Of a DNA stretch of 64,000 nt, positions 38,146 to 49,834 are shown in pieces (position 1 is the stretch's first letter; every line of letters starts with the position of its first letter). The position numbers and the translations under genes were made by a program. This DNA comes from Myxococcota bacterium (GTDB lineage: Bacteria; Myxococcota_A; UBA9160; JAFDDA01): NCBI GenBank assembly GCA_965228475.1, contig OZ245817.1, forward strand, positions 2,560,001 through 2,624,000. The letters are read 5' to 3'. The notes under the pieces were generated by a model. It saw nothing but the letters and a program-made list of their open reading frames with translations, did no database searches and was not told the DNA's origin.

Positions 38146-40224
38146 CTACGGCTGCGCCGGTGCGCCGGGGCGGTTGGCCGCCTGCCAGCGGTCGCAGCGG
38201 GTGATGAGGTCGTCGAGGACGGCGACGACGCGTTCGCGTTCGCGGACTTCGTTGCTGGTGACGTCCGGGGCGAGGCGGAGATCCGGGACTTCGTCGCGCA
38301 GGGTGTCGGCGACGCTGCGCAGGCCGCCGACGATGCGCTCGAATTCGTCCCAGGCGCCCTGTCGGCCGACGACGACCTCGCGCAGGAAGACGTCGATCTT
38401 CACGGCGAGGACGAGCACGGTCCGGGCGTTCAGGCCGGCGTTCATGGCGGCGACGCCGCCTCCGCCGGCCAGGCCGAGGAGCGCTCCGCCTCCGACCAGG
38501 ATCACCGTCCCGTGGGCGACGGCGGCGCTTCCGAGGTGCAGGATCGCGCCGAAGCCGAGGGCCGCGAGGCCGGTATTCGCGGCGATGGCGCTGGCGAGCC
38601 CGAGCAGGCCGCCGAAGGCGCTCCCGATGATCGGCGCAGCGAGGCCCGCGGTGAGCGCGCCGAGCGCGAGTCCGCCGAGCGCGACCGTCCCGACGCGCGC
38701 CCAGAACCGCGAGAGGTCCTTCAGCGCCGAACTCGAGGCGCGTTCGAGCGTGACGGGCCACGCCTCGCTCCGACCGAGCCGTTTCGCCGCGCTCCGCAGC
38801 CCAGCGCGGCGCACTTCCTTGTCGAGGGACGAACCGCCGAAGGGTCGCATGCGGCGGCGCTTTCCATCCGAGGGCCAGTACGGCTCGAAGCCCACCAGCT
38901 CGAGCAGGATGAGATCCTGGGCGTGGCGGTTCTGGGAGCCTTCGAGAGCCTCGCAGGCGGCCGCGAACTCGGGGGTCTCGACCCCGAGGATCTGCGGCAC
39001 GTCCGCACCCGAGAACTCCTCGAAGCGGCGGCGCCAGAGGTCCTGCCACTCGGCGTACCAATCCTTCTTGCGCTGAAGGCCATCGTTGGAACCGCGCGTG
39101 GGCGCGGTGGCCTTGATGTCGGCTTCGACGAGGGACGCCTGGAGCGAGGCGAGCACCGTCGTCGCCGTCGCGTCGAGGGCGAACTCGCGCAGCACGCCCT
39201 GCTCCACCCGGCCGACCCCGCCGAGGCGCGACGCGTCGAGGATGCGCCGCCAGTGCGGGTCGTCCTCGTCGATCTCGAGCGCGCGTGCGGCCCGCGCCGC
39301 GCGGCGGAAGTGGAAGAGTGCGAGGCCGAGCCGGGGAAGCAACACGTAGGCCACGCCGGTGATCGCCCAGACGTGGAGCCAGATCGCGGCCTCGGCCCCG
39401 GCCGGGTCGGCCAGCGCCCGCACCGCCTCGGCGTCCGGGAACGCCCCGCCGAGCGCCAGCGCCCCGGGCAGGAAGACGCCGTGGACGAGGCTTTCGCGCG
39501 CGGCCTCGGTGCCGACGAGCGTGCTCTCCCAGAAGGCGCGGTAGCCGAAGCCGACGCCGCGCAGGTACATCCCCGCGAGGGTGCCGAGGGCGAAGCCCAC
39601 GGCCGAGAGGTTCAGGATGCCGCGCACCCGATCGGTCGCGGGGGCCGCGGCGTGGGCGGCGTGCAGGGCGCGGAAGCGCGTCGCCACGGGCCCGAGGCCC
39701 TCGGCGGTCGAAGCGGCCCCGCGGCCCCAGAGCCGCACGAGCCAGCGAAAACCCGCGAGCAGGCCGCGCCCGAGCCAGCCGAAGTTCCCGGCGATCACCG
39801 AGGTCGGCGCGCGGAGCGACTCGTTCGCACCGGCGTCCGCTCCCCGTGGCTTCCACCCGCCGGTCGCCAGGAACGCCAGGTACGCGCCGACGCTCCAGAG
39901 CACGAGCGCCATCATCGGATTCACGAAGAGATGGATCTTCCCGCCGGGCCCGAGCGAGGCCCCCGCCACACCGAGCAGCGCGGCGCCCGCCGGAACCGCG
40001 CCGAGCAGCCAGCGCGGGGGCAGCGCGCCGTTCGCGAGCTCGGCGAGCCCGGCCGGCATGCGTTCGAGCAGGACGTCCGCGCGCCGGAGCAGCCAGGGCG
40101 CGAGCTCGTCGCGCTCCCCGGCCGCCTCGTTCGCCGCCGCGATGGATTCGGGCAGGAACGCGCCCTCCTCCACCTCTTCGAAGGCACGGACGAGGAGCAC
40201 TCGCTTGAGTTCGGCTTCCTGCAT
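38146..40224 (-). CDS. DUF2868-like membrane protein with C-terminal glycine-rich hydrophobic extension
   Basis: VLLVRAFEE, Y..FWESTL, YVLLPRL motifs recalled from DUF2868 proteins; Gly-rich TM hairpin near the C-terminus. Confidence 0.55.
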   Translation of the reverse strand: MQEAELKRVLLVRAFEEVEEGAFLPESIAAANEAAGERDELAPWLLRRADVLLERMPAGLAELANGALPPRWLLGAVPAGAALLGVAGASLGPGGKIHLFVNPMMALVLWSVGAYLAFLATGGWKPRGADAGANESLRAPTSVIAGNFGWLGRGLLAGFRWLVRLWGRGAASTAEGLGPVATRFRALHAAHAAAPATDRVRGILNLSAVGFALGTLAGMYLRGVGFGYRAFWESTLVGTEAARESLVHGVFLPGALALGGAFPDAEAVRALADPAGAEAAIWLHVWAITGVAYVLLPRLGLALFHFRRAARAARALEIDEDDPHWRRILDASRLGGVGRVEQGVLREFALDATATTVLASLQASLVEADIKATAPTRGSNDGLQRKKDWYAEWQDLWRRRFEEFSGADVPQILGVETPEFAAACEALEGSQNRHAQDLILLELVGFEPYWPSDGKRRRMRPFGGSSLDKEVRRAGLRSAAKRLGRSEAWPVTLERASSSALKDLSRFWARVGTVALGGLALGALTAGLAAPIIGSAFGGLLGLASAIAANTGLAALGFGAILHLGSAAVAHGTVILVGGGALLGLAGGGGVAAMNAGLNARTVLVLAVKIDVFLREVVVGRQGAWDEFERIVGGLRSVADTLRDEVPDLRLAPDVTSNEVRERERVVAVLDDLITRCDRWQAANRPGAPAQP

Positions 40225-40274
40225 CGAGACGCGATGCTACCGGAGCCCGTGCCCGGGTAGCTCGTCCGGCACGC

Positions 40275-41570
<1,296 letters not shown>

Positions 41571-41572
41571 GG

Positions 41573-43153
41573 CTAGAGCTCGACCAGCTGGGCGGTGATG
41601 ACGTGCTCCTGGCCGCGGAGCTTCTCGAGGGTCTCCTCGCTCGGGGCCGGGTCCATGTTCACGAGCATGGCGGCCTCACGGCGCTCCGGGACCAGGGCGA
41701 GCTGCATGCGCGAGATGTTGATGCCCGCTTCGCCGAGCAGGTTGCCCACCATCCCGACCACGCCGGGCTGGTCGTGGTTCTGCACGAGCAGCGTCGGGCC
41801 CTCCGGAATCGCCTCCAGCATGAAGTCGTCGATGCGCACGATGCGCGGCTGGTTGCCGTGGAAGAGCGCGCCCTCGATCAGGCGGTCCGTGCAGCCCTTC
41901 ACCTTCGTCGTGATGGCGCTCGCGAAATCCCGGGAGCGGCTCGTCTTGCTCTCGATCACGCGGATGCCACGCTCCTGGGCGATCACCGGCGCGTTCACCA
42001 TGTTCACGCGGTCCGAAACGCTCTCGAGCATGCCCTTCAGCACGGCGATCGTGACGGGCGCGACGCGCAGGTCCGCGACGTCGCCCGAGTACTCGATCTC
42101 GATCTCGTCGATCGCGCCCTTGCAGAGCTGGCCCTGGAAGCGGCCGAGCTTCTCGGCGAGGGTGATGTAGGGTCGGATCTGCTCGAGCAGCTCGCCCGAG
42201 ACCGAGGGCACGTTCACGGCGTTTCGCACGACGCCCGAGGTCAGGAAGTCCGCGACCTGGCGCGCGATGGCCGTCGAGACGTTGAGCTGCGCCTGGCCCG
42301 TCGAGGCGCCGAGGTGCGGCGTGCAGATGACCTTCGGGTGGCTGACGAGCGGGTGGCCCGCCGGAGTCGGCTCTTCGACGAACACGTCGAGCGCCGCGCC
42401 GCCGACCTGGCCGGACTCGAGGGCCTCGAGCAGCGCCTCCTCGTCGACGATACCGCCGCGCGCCGCATTCACGACCAGCACGCCTTCCTTGCAGCGGCCG
42501 AGCGTCTCGCGGTTCAGCAGCCCGGTCGTCTCCTTCGTGCGCGGCACGTGGATCGTGATGGCGTCCGCGCGCGCGAAGAGCTCTTCCTGGTCGACGAGCT
42601 CGACGTCCGCGCGGGCCGCCGCCTCGGTGGAGATGTGCGGATCGCAGGCGATCACGTGCATGCCGAGCCCCTGGGCGCGGTCGCACACGATGCGCCCGAT
42701 GTTCCCGAGCCCGAACACGCCGAGCGTCCGGTTGTAGAGCTCCATGCCCTGGAACTGGCTCTTCTCCCACTTGCCGGCCTTCATCGACGCCGTCGCGTGG
42801 GGGATGTGGCGCGCGAGCGAGAACAGCAGCGAGAGCGCGTGCTCGGCGGTGGTGACGTTGTTGCCCTCGGGCGTGTTCATCACGACGATGCCGCGCTGGG
42901 TGGCCGCCGCGAGATCGACGTTGTCGACGCCGATGCCGGCGCGGCCGACGGCGCGCAGCTTGTCGGCGCGCTCGATCACGTCCGCGGTCACCTTGGTGCC
43001 GCTGCGGATCACGAGCCCGTCGAACTCGCCGATGCACTCGAGCAGGTCGCCCGGGTCGATGCCCGGCTGGTAGCTGACCTCGAGGCCCGGGGTTTGTTCG
43101 AGGATTTCGAGCCCCTGGGGCGCGGTCTTGTCGCTGACGAGGACCTTCGGCAC
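41573..43153 (-). CDS. serA: D-3-phosphoglycerate dehydrogenase (with ASB and ACT domains)
   Basis: IRSGTK, GRAGIGVDNVD, TTAEH, GLGNIG, NAARGGIV, ALDVF, TPHLGAST, DQPGVVG; GTG start after GGAG. Confidence 0.96.
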   Translation of the reverse strand: MPKVLVSDKTAPQGLEILEQTPGLEVSYQPGIDPGDLLECIGEFDGLVIRSGTKVTADVIERADKLRAVGRAGIGVDNVDLAAATQRGIVVMNTPEGNNVTTAEHALSLLFSLARHIPHATASMKAGKWEKSQFQGMELYNRTLGVFGLGNIGRIVCDRAQGLGMHVIACDPHISTEAAARADVELVDQEELFARADAITIHVPRTKETTGLLNRETLGRCKEGVLVVNAARGGIVDEEALLEALESGQVGGAALDVFVEEPTPAGHPLVSHPKVICTPHLGASTGQAQLNVSTAIARQVADFLTSGVVRNAVNVPSVSGELLEQIRPYITLAEKLGRFQGQLCKGAIDEIEIEYSGDVADLRVAPVTIAVLKGMLESVSDRVNMVNAPVIAQERGIRVIESKTSRSRDFASAITTKVKGCTDRLIEGALFHGNQPRIVRIDDFMLEAIPEGPTLLVQNHDQPGVVGMVGNLLGEAGINISRMQLALVPERREAAMLVNMDPAPSEETLEKLRGQEHVITAQLVEL

Positions 43154-43418
43154 GGACGGCTCTCCTTTGAGCGTGCGGATGATGCTGGCGCGCGCCAGCG
43201 GGGGCCCGGCGGCACCGGAAGCGGCCCCGAGGACAGGGCGGTGTCCCGAAGGCCACCCATGGTGCCTCAACCCCCCGGAAAGGCGCGGGATTTCCTTGCG
43301 GAGCCGAGAGTGTGCGAGACCGGCGAGGGGGTGTCAAGCAGGAGCCGCCGGGGTAGCCTGCCCGGGCCGCGCCCCTGCCCCCGACTCCCGGGAGCGGCCG
43401 CCGCGGCGGAGGGTTTCC

Positions 43419-44210
43419 GTGGCTGCCAGCGAACCGATCGTCCTCTACACGACCAAGGATCACGTGACGCGCATCACGATGAACCGGCCCGAGGCGCGCA
43501 ACGCGCTCTCGCCGGAGCTCGTGCGCGAGCTGATCGAGGCCCTGAACCGCGCCAAGGTCGACCCGGACACCCGGGTGATCGTGATCCAGGGCGCGGGAGA
43601 AGAGGCCTTCAGCATCGGCGGGGATCTCGAATCCCAGGACCTGCCGCCCGAGAGCCCCTTCCAGCACTACGAGAGCGAGGACGCCTACACCGAGATCTTC
43701 CGCACCCTCGAGGACCTCGGAAAGCCCGTGATCGCCAAGGTCGACGGCTTCTGCCTCTCGACGGGCCTCGGCCTGGCGCTCGGCTGCGACCTCGTCGTCG
43801 CCACCAACGACAGCACCTTCGGCACCCCCGAGATCAAGCGCGGGCTCGTCCCGATGCGCGTGATGGCCGTGCTGATCCGCAACTGCGGTCGCAAGAAGGC
43901 CATGGAGATGATCCTCACGGGCCAGCGCGTCTCGGCGATGGATGCGGAGCGCTTCGGCCTGATCAACTACGCCGTCCCGAACGAGGACCTCGAGAACAAG
44001 CTGAACGACCTCGTCGCGCCGCTGAAGGAGAAGTCCGCGACGGCGATCCGCCTCGGCCGCGACGCCTTCTACTCGATGTCGGACCTCGAGTTCGAGAACG
44101 CCCTCGACTACCTCCAGTCCATGTGGACGCTGAACCTCTCGACCGAGGACGCGCGCGAAGGCATCGAAGCCTACCGGGAGAAGCGCCCGCCGGTCTGGAA
44201 GGATCGCTAG
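43419..44210 (+). CDS. Enoyl-CoA hydratase/isomerase family protein
   Basis: MNRPEARNAL, AFSIGGDL, GKPVIAKVDG, GTPEIKRG, DAREGIEAYREKR. Confidence 0.9.
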   Translation: MAASEPIVLYTTKDHVTRITMNRPEARNALSPELVRELIEALNRAKVDPDTRVIVIQGAGEEAFSIGGDLESQDLPPESPFQHYESEDAYTEIFRTLEDLGKPVIAKVDGFCLSTGLGLALGCDLVVATNDSTFGTPEIKRGLVPMRVMAVLIRNCGRKKAMEMILTGQRVSAMDAERFGLINYAVPNEDLENKLNDLVAPLKEKSATAIRLGRDAFYSMSDLEFENALDYLQSMWTLNLSTEDAREGIEAYREKRPPVWKDR

Positions 44211-44214
44211 GGCC

Positions 44215-45492
44215 ATGTCCGGTGCCGCCCCCATCGCCGTGCGGCCGCGCGGCGCCGTCGACGCGGACTTCGTCGTCCCGGGCTCGCGGAGCCTGACGAA
44301 CCGCGCGCTGCTCGCCGCGGCCCTCGCCGACGGGGAGAGCCTGCTCCGCGGCGGCCTCGAAAGCGACGACACCGAGGCCATGCGCGATTGCCTCGATGCG
44401 CTCGGCGTTCAGGTGGATTCCTCCTCCGACCCGTGGCGGGTGCGCGGAGCCGGAGGTGCCCTGCTCGCCCCGAGCCGCACCCTCGACGTCCGCTGGTCCG
44501 GCACCACCGCGCGCTTCGTCACCGCCGCCGCCACCCTCGCGCCCGGCCCGAGCCGGGTCGATGGCGAGCAGCGCACGCGCGAGCGCCCCATCGACGACCT
44601 CGTGCACGCACTCGCCCAGCTCGGCGCGGAGATCACGATCGAAGGCAGCGGGGGCTGCCCTCCCCTGGCCGTCGCGGGCGGCGGCCTTGCGGGCGGCGAG
44701 GCGGTGATCGACGGCAGCCGCTCGAGCCAGTACGTCTCGGGCGTCCTGCTCGCCGCGCCCTACGCCGGGGCCCCCGTGCGCCTGAGGCTCAAGGACGGCG
44801 TGCTGATCTCGCGGCCCTACGTCGAGATGACCCTTTCCGTGATGCGCGCCTTCGGCGCCGAGGCCGGCTGGGCCGCGGCGGACGAGCTGCGCGTGACGCC
44901 CGGCGGCTACCGGGCCCAGGACTACGCGATCGAGCCCGACGCCTCCTCGGCGGCCTACCCCTTCGCGGCGGCGGCGATCACGGGCGGGCGCGTCCGCGTG
45001 CCGCGCCTCTCGGCGCGCTCGACCCAGGCCGACGTCCGCTTTCTCGACGCCCTCGAAGCCATGGGCTGCACGATCGACCGCGGCGAGGATTCCTGCGAGG
45101 TACGCGGGCCGGAGCAGCTCCGCGCGATCGACGTCGACGCCAACGACTTCCCGGATGCCTCCATGGCCCTGGCCGTCGTGGCCCTGTTCGCGGACGGCCC
45201 GAGCCACATCCGCAACGTCTGGAACCTGCGGATCAAGGAGACGGACCGCCTCGCGGCCCTCGAGACCGAGCTCCGAAAGCTCGGCGCGGGCGCCACCGCG
45301 GGCCCGGAGGACCTCCGCGTCGAGCCGGCCGCGGCATACCGGGGCGCCGAGATCGACACCTACGACGACCACCGCATGGCCATGGCCCTCTCCCTGGCCG
45401 GCCTCCGCATCCCGGGCGTGGCCATCCGGGACCCGGAGTGCGTCCGCAAGACCTGGCCGGATTACTTTCGGGCCCTCGAGCGTCTGTCCTAG
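44215..45492 (+). CDS. aroA: 3-phosphoshikimate 1-carboxyvinyltransferase (EPSP synthase)
   Basis: PGSRSLTNR, SGTTARF, SSQYVS, SRPYVEMT, EPDASSA, LRIKETDRL, DDHRMAM, KTWP. Confidence 0.96.
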   Translation: MSGAAPIAVRPRGAVDADFVVPGSRSLTNRALLAAALADGESLLRGGLESDDTEAMRDCLDALGVQVDSSSDPWRVRGAGGALLAPSRTLDVRWSGTTARFVTAAATLAPGPSRVDGEQRTRERPIDDLVHALAQLGAEITIEGSGGCPPLAVAGGGLAGGEAVIDGSRSSQYVSGVLLAAPYAGAPVRLRLKDGVLISRPYVEMTLSVMRAFGAEAGWAAADELRVTPGGYRAQDYAIEPDASSAAYPFAAAAITGGRVRVPRLSARSTQADVRFLDALEAMGCTIDRGEDSCEVRGPEQLRAIDVDANDFPDASMALAVVALFADGPSHIRNVWNLRIKETDRLAALETELRKLGAGATAGPEDLRVEPAAAYRGAEIDTYDDHRMAMALSLAGLRIPGVAIRDPECVRKTWPDYFRALERLS

Positions 45493-45578
45493 CAGGGGGA
45501 CGACGTGGATCGAGTGCAACAGACGGCGGCCGTCCGGCATCGCACGAGGATGGCGACGGCGGGCGCAGCGACGAGGGG

Positions 45579-46355
45579 ATGGCAGCGATGAGCGCGGCGG
45601 CGGCTCCGCAGCGCGAGGGCGTCCGGGTCGAGGCACGGGGGCTTTCGCGCCACTTCGGCGAGCACCGCGCGCTCGATGGCCTCGACCTCGCGATCGAGCC
45701 CGGCGAGACCTTCGGCCTGCTCGGCGCCAACGGGGCCGGCAAGACGACCTTCATCCGCCTCGTCACCGGCTACCTGCTGCCGACCGCCGGCGAGATCCTC
45801 GTCGACGGCTTTTCGCCTTCCACCCAGGCCCCGGAGGTGCACGCCCGGCTCGGCTTCGCGGCCGAGACCTCGCGCCTTTACCCGGAGCTCCGCGTGCGCC
45901 GCTTCCTCGCCTTCGCGGGCGAGATCCGGGGGCTCACCGGCGCGGCGCTCGAGGCGGCGATCGAGCGAGCGCTCGAGCGTTTCGAGCTCGGCTCCGTGGC
46001 GGGGCGCATCGTCGGGAACCTCTCGAAGGGCTACCAGCAGCGCGTGAGCCTGGCCCAGGCCTTCCTGCACGATCCGCCGCTGCTGATCGTCGACGAGCCG
46101 ACGAGCGGCCTCGATCCGCTCCACCAGGAGGCCGTGCGCGAGGTCATCCGCGAGGCCCACGGACGGCGCACCCTGCTCCTCTGCACCCACGATCTCGACG
46201 AGGCCCGGCGCCTGACCGACCGCGTGGCCGTCCTGCATCGCGGAAGCCTCGTCACCGCCGGGCCGACCGCCGAGGTGCTCGCCGGCGACGACCTCGCGCC
46301 GCTCTTCGACCCGACGGGCTCCGGCCACGAGCCGTCGGAGGCGGGCGCCCGATGA
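45579..46355 (+). CDS. ABC transporter ATP-binding protein (GldA-like)
   Basis: GANGAGKTT, LSKGYQQRV, LIVDEPTSGLD, CTH. Confidence 0.92.
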   Translation: MAAMSAAAAPQREGVRVEARGLSRHFGEHRALDGLDLAIEPGETFGLLGANGAGKTTFIRLVTGYLLPTAGEILVDGFSPSTQAPEVHARLGFAAETSRLYPELRVRRFLAFAGEIRGLTGAALEAAIERALERFELGSVAGRIVGNLSKGYQQRVSLAQAFLHDPPLLIVDEPTSGLDPLHQEAVREVIREAHGRRTLLLCTHDLDEARRLTDRVAVLHRGSLVTAGPTAEVLAGDDLAPLFDPTGSGHEPSEAGAR

Positions 46356-47140
46356 GGCCCTTCCTCGCCCTCTTCCGCAAGGAGCTCGCGGTCCTGTTCG
46401 GATCCCCCGTGGCCTACCTCACGCTGACCTTCGTCGGGCTGGTGACGGCGCTCCTCTTCTTCGACCACCTGCGCGTCTACAACCAGGTGCTCTTCGTCTA
46501 CAGCAGCAACGCCATGCGCGGCTTCGAAGCCGGCACCGTCCCGGACCACGTGAACCTGCGCGACCAGGTCTTCGTGCCGCTCATGGAGACCCTGGCCATC
46601 ACGTTGATCGCGCTGATCCCGCTGGTGACGATGCGCGTGTTCGCCGAGGAGCGCGCGCGCGGTACGGACGAGCTGCTCCTGGTGAGCCGCCTCACGCCGC
46701 GCGCCATCGTGCTCGCGAAGTTCCTGGCGACGTATCTCTTCATCGCGGTCCTGCTCGCGGTGAGCTTCGTCTACCCGGCGACGTCGGTGGTGCGCGCGGG
46801 CCTCGGGCTCGAACATCTGGCGGCGGTCTACCTGGGCCTGCTCGCCGTGGCCATCGGCATCAGCTCGATCGGCCTCGCGTGCTCGGCCTTCACGCAAAGC
46901 CAGCTCGTCGCGGCGATCTCCGCCTACGGCGTGGCCTTCGTCTTCTACGACTTCGGCTGGGCCCTGCCCTTCGTCGGTGAGACGCTCGGGGGCACGCTCG
47001 ACCGGCTTTCTTTCCACACGCGCTTCGCGTCGTTCTCCGAGGGTCTGGTCGTCCCGGCGGACCTGATCTTCTTCGCGGGCGTCTCGGCGCTGTGCATCGC
47101 GCTCTCGCGCATCTCCCTCGACCTGGTGCGGGTCCGCTAG
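46352..47140 (+). CDS. ABC-2 type permease (GldF-like)
   Basis: FRKEL..LFGSPVAY, PLVTMRVFAEERARGTDELL, AKF, SAFTQSQLVA. Confidence 0.88.
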   Translation: MRPFLALFRKELAVLFGSPVAYLTLTFVGLVTALLFFDHLRVYNQVLFVYSSNAMRGFEAGTVPDHVNLRDQVFVPLMETLAITLIALIPLVTMRVFAEERARGTDELLLVSRLTPRAIVLAKFLATYLFIAVLLAVSFVYPATSVVRAGLGLEHLAAVYLGLLAVAIGISSIGLACSAFTQSQLVAAISAYGVAFVFYDFGWALPFVGETLGGTLDRLSFHTRFASFSEGLVVPADLIFFAGVSALCIALSRISLDLVRVR

Positions 47141-48669
47141 TGCGCGAACTCGGCCTGGCAGGAGCGATCGCGATCGCCTTCACGCTCGTGTCCTACTACG
47201 CCACCCGTGGCCCGGCGGGCGGGGAGCTCGGCGGGTACGGCTGGGTGAACCTCGTCGGCGGCGGGGCAGCGCTCCTCGTGGCCGCCGGAATGGCCGTGCG
47301 GCGGGCCCGCGGCTTCGGAACCCCGGCGGCGCGCCGGATCCTCCTGCCGCACCTCGCCGCCACGGCGCTCCTGGTGACGGGCTTCGTCGTGGCCGAGGGC
47401 GCCGCCCGCAAGGCCGGCTGGCGCTTCGACTGGACGGCCGACGCCCGCTTCGAACTCGCCCCCGCGACCCTCGAGCTGTGCGCCCGCCTCGAACAGCCCG
47501 CTCGGGCGACCCACTTCGCCGAGCCCGGCGACCCGGACTCCCGCCGCACCCGTTTCCTGCTCGAGAGCTTCGTCGCGGCGGGCTGCTTCGACGTTCGCGA
47601 AAAGAACGCCGAGCAGTCCGAAGCGGAGCTCGACCTGTTCGGCGTGTCGACGCCCGACGCCGTCGTCCTCGAGGTCGGCGAGTACTACGACGTCGTCGAG
47701 CGCGCGAGCGAAGGGAGCCTGCTCGAGACGCTCCTGCGCCTCGAGAGCGACCCGACCCGCACCCTTTACGTCACGATCGGCGAGGGCGAGGGCGACTTCC
47801 GCGCCCCCGGGCCGGCCGGCTACTCGGGCCTGCGCGAGGCCCTCGGGAGCGAGGGCTACGTCCTGAAGAGCCTGGTGCTCGTCGCTGCGGGCGAAGTGCC
47901 CGAGGACGCGGACGGCGTGCTCGTGATCGCGCCGCGCCGGCCGCTCCACGCGAGCGCCCAGGACGCCTTGGAACGCTACGTCTCGCGCGGTGGACGGCTC
48001 GTCACGATGCTCGAACCGGGGATCGACACGGGCCTCGAACCGCTGCTCGAGCGGTTCGGCATCGACGCCGGGCCCGGCCTCGTCGTGGACTCCCGCTTCG
48101 CGGATCTCCAGGGGACCGCCCGGGGCACGGGCGTGCTCGTCTCGGACTACGCGGACCACCCCGTCGTCGAGGGCTTCGAAGGACGCCACATGAGCTTCTT
48201 CCCGAGCGTCCGCGCCGTCGTGCCGGCCCGCAAGCCGACGCCCGACGATCAGCTCGCCGCGATCCTCTACACGAGCCGCGAGGCGTTCCTCTCCGACAAC
48301 GTGGAGGCCGCCCGCCGCGGCATCGCCCCCACCCGCGGCGACGCGCGCCTCGAGCGCTTCCCGCTGGCGGCCTCGGGCCGCTACCCGCGCGAAGCCGGCG
48401 AAGGCCGCATCGTCGCCTTCGGGGACGCGGACTTCGCGAGCAACCGCTACGCCCGGGCCCTCTACAACCTCGACGTCGTCCTGAATGCCGTGCACTGGGC
48501 GCTCGAGCGCGAGCCCCAGATCACCCGGCGGCCCAAGGTGCTGACGCCCTACCAGACTCCGCTCCCGCCGCAGACCACCTTGCAGATGCTCTACGGCGTC
48601 GGCCTGCTCGTTCCGGAAGTGCTCTTGATCATCGGCGGGATCGTCTGGATCCGCCGGCGCTCGGGCTAG
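47140..48669 (+). CDS. GldG-like ABC transporter auxiliary/periplasmic component
   Basis: FDWTADARFELAPAT, GEGE, VPEDADGVLVIAPR, GGRL, RIVAFGDADF, NAVHW, C-terminal TM ending RRR. Confidence 0.8.
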   Translation: MRELGLAGAIAIAFTLVSYYATRGPAGGELGGYGWVNLVGGGAALLVAAGMAVRRARGFGTPAARRILLPHLAATALLVTGFVVAEGAARKAGWRFDWTADARFELAPATLELCARLEQPARATHFAEPGDPDSRRTRFLLESFVAAGCFDVREKNAEQSEAELDLFGVSTPDAVVLEVGEYYDVVERASEGSLLETLLRLESDPTRTLYVTIGEGEGDFRAPGPAGYSGLREALGSEGYVLKSLVLVAAGEVPEDADGVLVIAPRRPLHASAQDALERYVSRGGRLVTMLEPGIDTGLEPLLERFGIDAGPGLVVDSRFADLQGTARGTGVLVSDYADHPVVEGFEGRHMSFFPSVRAVVPARKPTPDDQLAAILYTSREAFLSDNVEAARRGIAPTRGDARLERFPLAASGRYPREAGEGRIVAFGDADFASNRYARALYNLDVVLNAVHWALEREPQITRRPKVLTPYQTPLPPQTTLQMLYGVGLLVPEVLLIIGGIVWIRRRSG

Positions 48670-48704
48670 GCCCGGCGCTCGCCCCGCGCGCGGCGCCCGC
48701 GGCG

Positions 48705-49133
48705 TCAGTTCCTCGGTTTCCTCGTCGCCAGGCCGATCCCCCGCGCGCCGGCCTGCTGAGCGACGTCGAGGATGTTCACGGCCTGGCCGAGCAGGACCTG
48801 CCGGTCCCCCTTCAGCACCACGAACTTCTCGCGCGATTCCTCGAGGGCGGCCGTCAGCACGGCCACGATGTTCGCGTCGCTCACGGTCTCGTCGTTCACC
48901 TGGACGACGCCGTCCTTGGTGACGGTGACCGTGACGCCCTGGGGCGAGGTGTCCGAGACGGCGGCCTCGGGCAGGTTCACGTTCTTGCCCTGGCTCTGGA
49001 TCGCCGAGGCCGTGACCATGAAGATGATCAGCAGCACGAGGAACACGTCCGTCAGCGGGGTGATGTTGATCTCGGCGACGATCGCGTCGCCGCCGTCCCC
49101 GCCGTCGCTGCTAGGCAGGCTGGAGATCGCCAT
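48705..49133 (-). CDS. ExbD/TolR family protein
   Basis: AEINITPLTDVFLVLLIIFMVT with the conserved TM Asp; VNLP; KGDR. Confidence 0.93.
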   Translation of the reverse strand: MAISSLPSSDGGDGGDAIVAEINITPLTDVFLVLLIIFMVTASAIQSQGKNVNLPEAAVSDTSPQGVTVTVTKDGVVQVNDETVSDANIVAVLTAALEESREKFVVLKGDRQVLLGQAVNILDVAQQAGARGIGLATRKPRN

Positions 49134-49818
49134 CCGGCACCTCCTGCGCACCGCTCGCCGGCGGCGAGGCCCCACCGCCCGACGCTTCCACGTAGAGCAG
49201 GGCCTGGACGAAGCGGTCGCTCGAGCGATGGAAGACGCCCGCGATGTCGCCCACGCGCACCTGGAGCCAGTTGAAGAAGGCCAGCGCGACGATGGCGACC
49301 AGCAGGCCGACGGCCGTGGCCACGAGCGCTTCGGAGATGCCCGCCGCGACGACCTCGAAGCCGCCCACGCCCTCGACGGCCATGTCCTGGAAGGCGCGCA
49401 GGATACCGATCACGGTGCCGAGCAGACCGATGAACGGCGCCAGCGAGCCGATCGTTCCGAGGATCCACAGGCCCCGCCGGAGCTCGTGCACCACTTCGGC
49501 CCGTGAGGTCGCGAGGATGCGGTCGAGGTCTTCGAGGGCGACGTTGCGCCAGCGCAGCGCCTCCTGGAAGACGTCGCTCATGGGGGTCTTCGTCGCCTGG
49601 CACGTCGCCAGCGCGGCGGAGAGGTCGCGCTGGGAGAGCGATTCCACGACCTTGCGGGTCAGGTCCCGGGTGCGCTTGGCGAGGCCGCGGTAGCGCCAGA
49701 GCCGCTCGAAGACGATCCCGAGGGCGATCACGGACATGATCCCGAGCGGGACGGTCGTGAGCGCGCCGATCCGCAGCAGTTCAAGAACGGTCAAGCGTTC
49801 GACACCGACGCCTTCCAC
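49111..49818 (-). CDS. MotA/TolQ/ExbB proton-channel family protein
   Basis: LGTIGSLAPFIGLLGTVIGI, GISEALVATAVGLLVAI; GTG after GGAGG. Confidence 0.92.
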   Translation of the reverse strand: MEGVGVERLTVLELLRIGALTTVPLGIMSVIALGIVFERLWRYRGLAKRTRDLTRKVVESLSQRDLSAALATCQATKTPMSDVFQEALRWRNVALEDLDRILATSRAEVVHELRRGLWILGTIGSLAPFIGLLGTVIGILRAFQDMAVEGVGGFEVVAAGISEALVATAVGLLVAIVALAFFNWLQVRVGDIAGVFHRSSDRFVQALLYVEASGGGASPPASGAQEVPDGDLQPA

Positions 49819-49834
49819 GAGCGCGTACCTCCAA

